A stretch of 54,426 nt of DNA, counting the filler, from Jimgerdemannia flammicorona (taxonomy: Eukaryota): assembly GCA_003990765.1 (NCBI GenBank). It is 2 parts of 2 records of this genome, joined end to end, with 100 filler letters (N's around TTAATTAATTAA, not from the genome) between each part and the next. Parts side by side here need not be neighbours in the genome. Positions count along the whole stretch, not along the records: positions 1 to 27,176 come from RBNJ01000656.1; positions 27,277 to 54,426 come from RBNJ01000657.1. One strand, written 5' to 3'. The position numbers and the translations under genes were made by a program. This document shows positions 24,120 through 34,870 of this stretch, piece after piece. How positions within the stretch are numbered: the stretch's first letter is position 1; each line of letters opens with the position of its first letter. The notes beneath the pieces are model-generated. The model saw only the letters and a list, made by a program, of their open reading frames with translations. It searched no databases and was not told the origin of the DNA.

Positions 24120-25660
24120 TACAAGTAGAATGGGACCCAGAACAGATATCAGTAACATAAGCATCACAACAATGACCATTTTTGTAGTAGAACTAACAAT
24201 AGTAAAGTGAATGATTCTTGTCTTTAATGAAAAGATCAATATTATATAGGTATACTATATAAAGATTTTTTGTGAGAATATAGTCTGGAGAACTACTGGA
24301 AGCCATAGATACAAATAATGAGATACCTTACTATGAAGGATTAAAGAGTTCTAAGAGAGATTACATTTACTCTTTTAAATATACAATAAAAATTATCATC
24401 AATACTATAATAGTGAATGAAGTTTGAAGATATTATATAATCACTATCAATAGATATTTATATCAAAAATTTTCTACCTGAAAGTGCAACTATTCAATCT
24501 CTGAATAAAGTCTAAGAAGAGTATCTAGAATAATGTAAACTGTATCAATAATTGGCAAATTAAGTGAATACTCTTTCTATGCTGACAGATCTCATCAAAG
24601 ATGAAAACAAGGTCCTGAATCTTATATATAGTCTTCTTGAGATATATAATGTAGTTGTTACTACTATCAGAGAATCTGGAAAACTATCAGACTATAAGAA
24701 TATTATTATAAGTCTCTTAAATAAAGAATTAAGACTGGGTGGTAATAATAATAATAATAACAATGAGAAATCCTTTTATAGAGTATGTGAATGAGGTAAA
24801 GTCAAGCTAAAAAAGAGGCAAAGTCAGTAGTATAATAGTCAGCATGATAGTCAATAAGCCAAATTCAATATTAAATACTTTTACTATAATAAGTATAGAT
24901 ACTATAAGTATGACTGTAATTGTAAAAAGATAAAAAATAACAGCCAAGATGAGCATTAATGTTATGAATATTAATAATAATAAAAGTGATAGCAGAGGTC
25001 TATTCTTTACTGAAGAAGCAATCTATCTATATATAGAAAGATATATAGGGGTGAATTTAGAAAATACTTTTATATTGACAAAAAATACTCTAATTACCAG
25101 GTTATCAGTTTTAGTACTATTGCTAATGTAAGCTATATGCTAAGTACTTATATATATAGTGAAGAAGTCTGGTATATAGATTCTAGTCTAATATAGTATA
25201 TGACAATACACTATGAGTATTTCTCTATATATAAGAAGTTCAAGGATCCTATATATATCAAACTGAGTAATAATAATATAATTTATACTCAAGACAAGAG
25301 TAATATTGATATATCTATATAGAAATATTAATAAACTCTCAGATATCTTTATAGATACTATATATACCAGATATGGAAAAGGACCTCTTCTTAATAGACT
25401 GGATGATGGCTTGAGGAAATAAAGGAGTAAATATATATATAAATAGTATAATGGTGATCAATTTAAAGAATAATAAATAGCTAATATATATCAAAAATAC
25501 AGAATCTATATATAATTGACAGTATACTGAATGGTATATCATCTGTATATTTTACAATAGTAACTAATACCTAGTATATATAGTATAAATACTTAGGATA
25601 TATTGGTAAGATGAGCTTAGATTAATTCTCATGCTCCTCTACTATTCTATTATGAATACA
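24120..25660 (+). pseudogene. Second Ty1/Copia relic: gag, zinc knuckle, protease, pre-integrase domain
   Basis: DENKVLNLIYSLLEIYNVVVTTI...SLLNKE (Copia gag), eroded CCHC at 24876-24917, EVWYIDS..MT (~25164-25204), YIPDMEKDLF (~25360-25390), decayed WHxRLGHIG (~25581-25607). Confidence 0.7.
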
Positions 25661-25691
25661 TATAAGTACACAATCTTCAAACCACCAAAAC

Positions 25692-27176
25692 TGTAAGCGC
25701 ACAACCTCCAAGCCACCGAAATTACACATCACCCTCTGAACAAAGCCACTGAAATCACATGCGACCTCCAAACAAATCTGGAAATCACCTGCTTGATCAT
25801 GAAGCTGAGTCAAACCGAAGTCACAGCGCACAAAGCTGAGTCAATACGAAGTCACAGAACACAAGATCTACACAAATGGAACCTTACCAATCAGGACCAA
25901 ATGCATATATACTGAGCACTGAGATGCGTCGAATCAGAAAACCAATACAAACAACAACCACAACTTCCAAACACACAAACATGACCACTGAGATCTACAA
26001 CCGCATCCGTGCTGACATTTGGAATGCCATTGTCAACCGAGCCACACCCCCTCTGCCTCTCATGAATATCCATAGCCTGGCACCCCTCTACTTCATGGAA
26101 GCCTGATGGAATGCCCTGAACATGCTTAGCGAGGCCCACCGAATCGGACAAATCTCAAGCTACTACCAGATCGGCCGCCTCTTGGAAGACATGGTCGAAC
26201 ACCACCACAATACAGACATGACCCAGATGTCTCAACACCAGAAGCTCATCGCCCGCAAACATCGAGAACTCTTCTATGAGTACAACACCTTTATTCCCCG
26301 CCTCCGAGTTACTACCAGCAAAATGGTTGCTACCCTGTCCTATAGCCAAATCGATGACATGATACAAGAAATCAACCACAAGTACCTCGAGTATGTCGAA
26401 ACCACAGACAGAACCTTCCCGCACCCCGATGACCATATCCTGCAAATGCCTCAAGTCGGATATACCATGAAGGACGTCTACGATATAATCCACTTCGATG
26501 AAGACGAAGCAGAAGACAACGACCCCTCTGACGCCGACATGACCTCTAGCCAAGGATCTCTGCCAACCCTGATCACCCTGCCAAACTTGCCGATGAACTT
26601 GCAGCAGTTCATAACCACATACGAGACTTATTGGAACAATGACCACTGGCACGAATACCAACCCACGTTTACCCCCAATTACTTCAACTACAATGAAGAG
26701 ACCGGAGAACACAATCTGTACCTTCAGACAACTCTCGAGATTGAACCAACCACTCCACCACCCAAGTACGAGCGACTTGAATCACAGCCACCAGCTTACT
26801 ACAACCCTGTGACTCATAGTGCTGTAACCTATAGAAGGTATGCAGATAGCGAATCCGATGAAAGCGAAGACAGTACACCCATCCTTCGCCCACCAACACC
26901 TTATCCAGCGTACGAAACAGATGATGCTATCCTGTGGGACGGAGATGAAGTCCCAATGTATTACTACCTCAGCCAACAAGGAAAAGTAATCCATGAACCA
27001 TTATTCCTAGATGACTACTTCATCAGAGATGATGCAATCGATGGTGATGTCATCGAAGACTACCCAGATAGTGCCTAAACCTATAAATAGTCTAGCAGTC
27101 ATAGTATAGATAGATTAGCCTTGTACGACGTGACTGTGAACTGACTCAGCAGTCAGACGATCTCTTGACATGTCAG
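25692..27176 (+). repeat. Young LTR E (relative of the element C LTRs), truncated by the assembly gap
   Basis: Starts TGTAAGCGCACAACCTCCAAGCCACC like 39808 and 44607; 27040-27176 matches ~40550-40688; CpG-rich; 30-bp tandem duplicate at ~25802-25862. Confidence 0.8.
25876..27078 (+). CDS. LTR-embedded ORF of unknown function (~400 codons with one in-frame TGA at 26104-26106; 318-aa open part 26122-27078)
   Basis: The ORFs 25876-26106 and 26122-27078 are in the same frame. Helical-looking N-domain with QISSYYQIGRLL, and an acidic, Pro/Tyr-rich C-terminal half. Confidence 0.7.
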
Positions 27177-27276
27177 NNNNNNNNNNNNNNNNNNNNNNNN
27201 NNNNNNNNNNNNNNNNNNNNTTAATTAATTAANNNNNNNNNNNNNNNNNNNNNNNNNNNNNNNNNNNNNNNNNNNN
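27177..27276. other. Assembly gap with artificial linker (N44-TTAATTAATTAA-N44)
   Basis: Symmetric 100-bp block containing a six-frame stop spacer. Confidence 0.95.
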
Positions 27277-29520
27277 TCCGAACAAGAATACCCACTTTCC
27301 CCCTCCAGACTACTGCACCCCCCCATTCCATAGTCCACTCCTGTAAATCCACATCCACATCATACCAAACATCCTGCAATAAGAAGAGGTCCGCATCCAG
27401 ACCCCGAAGCCAACCAAAGATGTACTTCCTCCTAGCTGCCCCCTGTAACCCATTAACATTCAATGAGAATATCCTAGTTATATTGTTCATATTGAATAGA
27501 TATTGTAGAAGTGACCCCAACCTATAATTCCATGCTCATCTCATCTCTCGCCAAGTCCAAGAGCTGCTCAGCTTCCACTTCCCTCTCCTCAATATCCCAA
27601 GCATCCAGTGCCCCCAAGATCTCCTGACACTCTACCCTGTCCACCTCCTCTATATCTGCCCTATAATCCAAGCAGACTGCATGCCACTTCTCCAGTTCCT
27701 TCCTTGAGTTCCACAAGACAAGTGCCCTCTCACTTGCAATCTGTCTAAGCTCCTCCTCATGCTGATCATCAACCTGATATTCAACCGACTCCAAGAGGAC
27801 TGTCAGGATCTCGTTCCTCATCTTCCTCGGCACCTCTTTCCCATGTAGAATCTTCTCCCAATGCCTCTCCTCCATCACCCTGAAGTCCTCACCCCCCAGC
27901 TCTTCAGCCACTACCCCTTCCAGGGTCTTCCACATCCACTTCTCCTCATCGACCACCTCTGCCGCCCCCTGAGCAATTCGTCCCCCATCCACCTCGGGGT
28001 CCACCAGTGTGCTCCTCCTTACTGACTCATCCCACTCTTCATCCGGCACATCCATCAGCTCCTCCTCGCCTCCTGCCCCACTTGGCACACTATACTGAGG
28101 GCACCCACCATCCCCCATTTCAGCATCCACCTCCAGGTTAACCTCCCTCTCCTCCCTACCTCCAATCGGAGCCCCACCCTGGGCCATCTCTCCTCCTTCC
28201 GCCCAGGCACTCTCCTGCAACCCTGCAGTCCCCTCCCTGGAGCTTCCACCAGCCCTATCCCCATCCAACTTTGCCAACAACTCCTTCTGAATCCTCCTCT
28301 CCTGCATCTTCTCCCAGGCCCCTTTCTCTATCCGAACCCTCTTCTCATCCACCTCTCCCACTACCGTCCTGGCCTCGAACTTCTTCCAGGCTAATCTCCT
28401 CCTTGCAACAGCCCCTTCCAGGTCCTCCAGAGCTTCTAGCAGGTCCTCCTCCTCCTCCTGAGTCCCCTTCACCATAGCGACCTTACACTCCACCTGTCCC
28501 CACCTCAGTGCTGCTGGCCAGTCCCTTGACTTCCCCATAATCTCCTTTCCAGCCAGTCTCACCCTGACATCGACATCTCCAGTTCTAAGCTCCATGCCCT
28601 CCCAGACCTTGAACCCCACATCCACAATCTCACCATACTCCTTTATCGCCTCTACAACCAACTCCCTGGTCCTTTCCTTCGACACTGTAGGGAGGTCCAA
28701 CACTGTCAACTGCACCACCCAGGGGTCCCAGCACATACACTGAGCCATAGAGACCACAACCCTGCCAACCATCACCCCCTTCTCCATGGCTGCCAACAAG
28801 GCATCTTCCTCCTCGAACCCCACTTCAACCCCTTCCTTTCCCCTCAAAAACTTCACCGACGCTACTCCCCTAGCCTCCTGCACCACCAGCCCCAAAATCA
28901 TCCTCGCCGTCACTGCCAAGCCCCAGAAGCACATCGTGACCGCAAATTCAGACCTCGACTTCTTGAGTAATGGGGCTGACACCATGCCCGTCACTCCATC
29001 CGCCAGGTCCCCGGGCCTCGTGCCCACTCCAAGTCCTGAATTGCCAACTGCCATCACATCTGGATTTTTTGCCAGATCCCCAGTCACAGCCCCATCAACT
29101 GTCACATCTCCAGCCCCTACTCCAGCCTCTTCCCTACCACTAGAAGCACCCTGGGGTGCACCTCCCTGATCCCCGGCAGTAGCCATCGATGCCTTCTCCA
29201 GGCCCAGCCAACTATCCAGCCCAGAAGCCATCTTCCCCATCCTGACCTTATCAGCAAAGATCATCCTCTCCCCTCCTCTCTGCCTCAGACCTCCCCTCCC
29301 TCCGCCACTGGGGCCCTGGCTAGCCATCGAGGCCCCTGGCATCCCCAAACCATCTCCCCTCCTCCCCACCTGCTGCCAGCCAAAGGCGCCGTCACCCCCC
29401 TGGCCAGTACGCTCACCAGATCGATTGTTGCTGTCCATGTTGTTAGTTGTTGGACACCAAAAATGTTGTAGAAAGTGTTGTCTGAGTCTTGTGTAACCTG
29501 AATGTTATCGGAGAAAGATG
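27277..29520 (-). mobile_element. LINE copy 2 (5' UTR, ORF1, start of EN; remainder lost in the gap)
   Basis: Colinear with copy 1 ~19667-21910. Confidence 0.9.
27522..29438 (-). CDS. LINE ORF1 protein, open (638 aa)
   Basis: Uninterrupted ORF directly upstream of the EN start; Gly-rich N-terminus, RRM-like middle, acidic helical C-terminus; no CCHC knuckle seen. Confidence 0.85.
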   Translation of the reverse strand: MDSNNRSGERTGQGGDGAFGWQQVGRRGDGLGMPGASMASQGPSGGGRGGLRQRGGERMIFADKVRMGKMASGLDSWLGLEKASMATAGDQGGAPQGASSGREEAGVGAGDVTVDGAVTGDLAKNPDVMAVGNSGLGVGTRPGDLADGVTGMVSAPLLKKSRSEFAVTMCFWGLAVTARMILGLVVQEARGVASVKFLRGKEGVEVGFEEEDALLAAMEKGVMVGRVVVSMAQCMCWDPWVVQLTVLDLPTVSKERTRELVVEAIKEYGEIVDVGFKVWEGMELRTGDVDVRVRLAGKEIMGKSRDWPAALRWGQVECKVAMVKGTQEEEEDLLEALEDLEGAVARRRLAWKKFEARTVVGEVDEKRVRIEKGAWEKMQERRIQKELLAKLDGDRAGGSSREGTAGLQESAWAEGGEMAQGGAPIGGREEREVNLEVDAEMGDGGCPQYSVPSGAGGEEELMDVPDEEWDESVRRSTLVDPEVDGGRIAQGAAEVVDEEKWMWKTLEGVVAEELGGEDFRVMEERHWEKILHGKEVPRKMRNEILTVLLESVEYQVDDQHEEELRQIASERALVLWNSRKELEKWHAVCLDYRADIEEVDRVECQEILGALDAWDIEEREVEAEQLLDLARDEMSMEL

Positions 29521-32500
29521 CCCATCTCCTCCCTCCCTCTCCTCCCCTAACCCCCAACCCTATTCTATCCATAATACATCTCCAGAACTCCCCCAAAATC
29601 TCATACTCGCCAAGCCAATGTTCAGGCATTTGTACCATTCCTCCCTCCTGACCAACATTGAAACAATCCTCACACTCGAATACCCCACCATCCACCAAGT
29701 AATCAGACCAATAGTTCAGCATCACATTCTGCCATAGAATCTGCCACCATGTCAACCAGAACTTGGGGGGCAGCCACTGCCTCACCCATTTGCTCCAAAG
29801 CCAGAGCCCATTCCAGTCCCACTCTTCCTCAATTCCAACTCTCTGCCAGGCTTCAGGCCACAGGTCTCTACCTAGGCCTCGCAGACACTCCAGACCCTCG
29901 CCAAGCTGAAAGTCCTCCACCAGAACACCACCCAATAGAAGCCTGTCCCATCTCTACATCTGCAGTCCCCAAATCTCCTTGGCCTCATCACCTCACCACC
30001 GAAGGCCAATTTTCTTAGCACCATCCACTGCTCTCCACCAAAAGCCAGTAAACCACATCCTCTGGCTCTCTTCTATGGCCACCATTGCAAGCAGGTCACC
30101 GGAGCCACCATGTGGGGAGTATCAAACCTCCCACAACCTCTGCATGAGTGGCACCCACTCCTGATCTCTAAGCTCACTTGCCCTCCTTAGCCACTAGGCC
30201 CTCAGACATAAAAGCCACTTAGTAAAGTCCACTAAGCCTAGCCCACCTCTTTCCAAGGGCAGTGTGAGCACCTCCTAACCAATCTGGCTCCACCGCCCTC
30301 CCCAAATCCATGACCTCACCATCTTCAACAACCCCTTAACCACCCAAGGCAGGAAATCCAAATGATATCCAATATACCACAGCTTCGGCATCCAGTATAC
30401 ATTCAACACCATCACCCTTCTGGCAAGGGATATATGCCGGCCTCCCCATCACATCAAGACATCACCCCACTCCAGCAGTTTACAGTCCCACTATGCCCAG
30501 AGAAGAAGAGATCTGAATACCGAGAAGTAGATCCCCAAGTAGCGTACTGGTTCACCAGCTGGAACCACCATTCCAATAACATTGCCACCAACAATTCCAG
30601 TGCCCAGCACTAGTGTCTCACATTTGTGCCAGTTCAGTTTAGCACCAGAACCCCACTCATACTATTCCACCATCCTCTGCAACTCTCCAACATCCCCCAA
30701 GGAACCCAGTCTGACCACCATATCATCGGCAAAGGCCCCCACCTTCTAGTTCACCCCTAAAACATCCAAACCTCCAATCTTATACCAAATCTTGTCCAGT
30801 AGTGGCTCCAGGGAAAGGGCATACAATATGGGTGACAAGGGGTCTCCTTGTGGTACCCCATGGCCCAGGGGGAAGATCACTCTCTGGTGGTCATTGATGA
30901 TTAATGCCACCTGACTGTCCTCTAAGAGGCTGATCAATGAACCTCAGAACCCCGGGGAGATACCAATCTGCTTCAGCACTCCCTCCAACCATATTCTCCA
31001 CACTCTATCATAAGCCTTCTCCTGGTCCAGAAATACCAATCTGCCATCCACCCCTGTAGCCCGGGCATCTTCAATCACTATGAACCCAGGCTGTCCTATC
31101 TTGAATTAACTGACCACTGACAAACCCACATTGCTCCAAACCAAGCACCTGCTGAGTGATCCCTTGCAACCTCAACACCAAGATCTTCATCACCAGTTTA
31201 CAGTCCATGTCCAGAAGCATAATTGGCCACCAGTTCATCCAATCCTCCCACCTGCCCTTGTTCTTATATAGTAAGGAGACTAGCCCCAAGCACTGTCTCC
31301 CAATCCAGGCACCAGACTGAAGAACTTCATCATACATAGCAATCATTTCCTCTAGTACCTCATGCATCCCTGTCATCTTCTGCCAAAAATCCCAGGGGAG
31401 TCCATCCTCTCCCAGGGCTGTCCCTTTACTCATAGAGGCCACTATCTTGCAAATCTCCTCGCTGCTCACCAGGTCCCCCAATACCACAAGTCCCATGGCA
31501 GGGTCCAGGTGCCAATCCCCCAGCTGCCTTTCAATGTCCAGAGCATCCAGTCCCCCTTCATCCTCACTCCAAAGGTTCTCCCACTGAGATTACAATAGGC
31601 CCAAAATCGCTGGGGTCCCCACCACCAGCTCACCATTCTTGTCCAAAACTCCCTCCCACCACTGCCTCATTCGTCATGCTTGTAACAATCATGACAAGAA
31701 CCTGGTAGGTCTCTCCCCTTCCTCAAGCCCCTGCCATCGCAAGCGGGCTACCATCTCCTGGAGCTGCTCCTCCTCCTCCCTCCATAGCACCCCTTTGAGC
31801 TCCTCTACCTCCTGCTGGATTCTCGCAATATGCCAATCAGCCTTGGCCCTATTCTCCAGCACACCCACCCATCTCTCCATGAGCACTGCCAGATGCTGCG
31901 AGGCCCACATCATCTACCACCTTCGATGGGCACTCTTTCCTTTCCCCACTTCTCTCCAATATCCCTGAGCCTTCATCTTCAACCTTCTCCAGTGGTCCCC
32001 AATTGCCAGTCCTTGATTCCGCCACCTGTCGATATCTCCAACCACCTCCATTTCCCAACCCTCCCACAATGCCCTATCCTCCAATAAGGAAGAATTTAGC
32101 TGCCAATGTCCGGGCCCATCCTCATTTCCCCCAAACCTCCCCCCTCCAAGCAACCCCCAGTGATCAGACCATGGACACCATACAACTCCCAGCACCATCC
32201 AGACATCTGCTCCCCAATACTCTGCTGTTAGAACCCAGTCAATCCTAGAGCCCAGTCCAGCTGCCCAGTGGGTATATACCTGCCAATCAGCCCAAAAATG
32301 TCTCTCTGAGTCCACTAAAGAACACAATCTTTCTGTCTCCAACCAGTCCACCAACCTACCACTTTCACCTTGCATGCCTCTCTCTCCATCAGTTCTGTCC
32401 AACTCCTTATCTCATACTATGTTGAAGTTCCCCCCCATACAGTCAAACTCAACTTCTCCCAATAAACCAGCCTCTTTCAATCTGCGAATCCAATCCACCC

Positions 32501-34870
32501 TCTCCCCTCTCTCAGCCAGGCAGTAACAAGACCCAACCATCAGTGAGCCCCATCCAGGCCTCTTCCATACTCCCCACACCACCCATGACCCCCAATATCC
32601 AATGTCCCCAATGTCCCCCATCCCTTTCCAAACAAGAATACCTACTTTCCCCCTCCAAACTACTACACCCCCCCATTCCTTAGTCCAATCCTGTAAATCC
32701 ACATCTGCATCATACCAAACATCCTGTAACAAGAAGAGGTCTGCATCCAGACCCCGAAGCCAACCAAAGATGTACTTCCTCCTAGCCACCCCCCGTAACC
32801 CATTAACATTCAATGAGAATATCCTAGTTGTACTGTTCATATTGAATAGACATTGTAGAAGAGACCCCAACCTATAATTCCATGCTCATCTCATCTCTCA
32901 CCAGATCCAAGTGCTGCTCAGCTTCCAATTCATTCTCTGCAATATCCCGAGCATCTAGTGCCTCCAACATTTCCTGATACTCCACCCTGTCCACCTCCTC
33001 CATATCCACCCTGTAATCCAAGCAGACTGCACACCACTTCTCTAGTCCCTTCCTCGAGTTCCACAAGAAAAGTGCCCTGTCACTCACAATTCTTCTAAGC
33101 TCCTCCTCTCACTGATCATCAACCTGATACTCAACGGACTCCAGGAGAACAGCCAGAATCTCATTTCTCATCTTTCTCAGCATCTCTTCCCTATGTAGAA
33201 TTCCCTCCCAATGCCTCTCCTCCATCACCCTGAAGTCCTCACCCCCCAGCTCTTCAGCTGCCACCCCTTTCAGGGTCTTCCACATCCACTTCTCCTCATC
33301 TACCGCCTCTGCCACCCCCTGAGCAATTTGTCCCCCATCTACCTCGAGGTCCACCAGCGCACTCCTCCTCACTGACTCATCCCACTCCTCATCCAGCACA
33401 TCCATCAGCTCCTCCTCACCTTCTGCCCCATTCAGAACACTATACTGAGGGTGCCCACCTTCACCCATTTCAGCATCTGCCTCCAAATTATCCTCCCTCC
33501 TCTCCCTGACTCCAATCTGAGCCTCGCCCTGGGCCATCTCTCCCCCTTCAGCCCAGGCACTCTCCTGCAACCCTGCAGCTCCCTCTCCGGAGCTTCCACC
33601 AGCCCTACCCCCACCCAACTTCGCCAACAACTCCTTCTGGATTCTCCTCTCCTGCATCTTCTCCCAGGCCCCCTTCTCCATCCGAACTCTCTTTCCATCC
33701 ACCTCCCCCACCACTGTCCTGACCTCAAACTCCTTCCAGGCTAATCTCCTCCTCACAACTGCCTCTTCCAGGTCCTCCAGAGCCTCCAACAGGTCCTCCT
33801 CCTCCTCCTGAGTCCCCTTCACCCTAGTGACCTTATACTCCACCGGTCCCCATCTCAGCATTGCTGGTCAGTCCCTTGACTTCCCCGTATTCTCCTTTCC
33901 AGCCAGTCTTACCCTGACATCGACATCTCCAGTTCTAAGCTCCATGCCCTCCCAGACCTTAAACCCAACATCCACAATCTTGTCATACTCCTTGATTGCC
34001 TCCACAACCAACTCTCTGGTCCTTTCCTTCGACACTATAGGAAGGTCTAACACCATCAACTGTACCACCCGGGGGTCCCAGCACATACACTGGGCCATAG
34101 GGACCACAACTCTGCCAACTATCACCCCCTTCTTCATGGCCGCCAACAAGGCATCTTCCTCCTCAAACCCCACCTCAACCCCTTCCTTTCCCCTCAAGAA
34201 CTTCACTGACACTGCTCCCTTAGCCTCCTCCACCACCAGTCCCAAAATCATCCTCGTCATCACTGCTAAGCCCCGGAAGCACATCGTGACCGTGAATTCT
34301 GACCTCGACTTCTTGAGTAATGGGGCCGACACCATACCTGTCACCCTATCCGCCAGGTCCCCAGGCCTTGTGCCCACTCCAAGTCCCAAATTGCCAATCA
34401 CCATTACATTTGGATTTTTTGCCAGATCCCCAGTCACAGCCCCATCAACAGTCACATCTCCAGCCCCTACTCCGGCCCCTTCCCTACTACCAGAAGTACC
34501 CTGGGGTGCACCTCCCTGACCCCCAGCAGTAGCCATCGATGTCTTCCCCAGGCCCAGCCAACCATCCAGCCCAGAAGTCATCTTTCCCATTCTGACCTTG
34601 TCAGCAAAGGTCGACCTCTCTCCTCCTCTCTGCCTCAGACTGCCCCTCCCTCTGCCGCCAGAGCCTCGGCTAGCCATCAAGGCCCCTGGCATCTCAAACC
34701 ATCTCCCCTCCTCCCCACCTGCTGCCAGCCAAAGGCACCATCACCCCCCTGGTCAGTATGCTCACCAGTTCGATCATTGCTATCTATGTTGTTAGTTGTC
34801 AAACACCAAAAATGTTGTAAAAAGTATTGTCTGAGTCTTGTGTCACCTGAATGTTACTGGTGAAAGGTGT
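29521..34870 (-). mobile_element. LINE copy 3, degenerate, lacking the last ~400 bp
   Basis: Colinear with copy 1 from ~16558 to its 5' end; fragmented ORF1 and ORF2. Confidence 0.9.

Noticed and set aside
23878..24123. 5' LTR and half-tRNA PBS of the second Copia relic
   Set aside because: Only a loose ATGGGACCCAG resemblance and no partner LTR, so boundaries cannot be supported.
26155..26712. 185-aa minus-strand ORF in LTR E
   Set aside because: Antisense shadow of the longer plus-strand ORF.
27221..27232. TTAATTAATTAA as a biological palindrome or PacI/piggyBac-like site
   Set aside because: It is centred in symmetric N44 blocks, so it is an artificial scaffold linker. Adjacency across it is not guaranteed.
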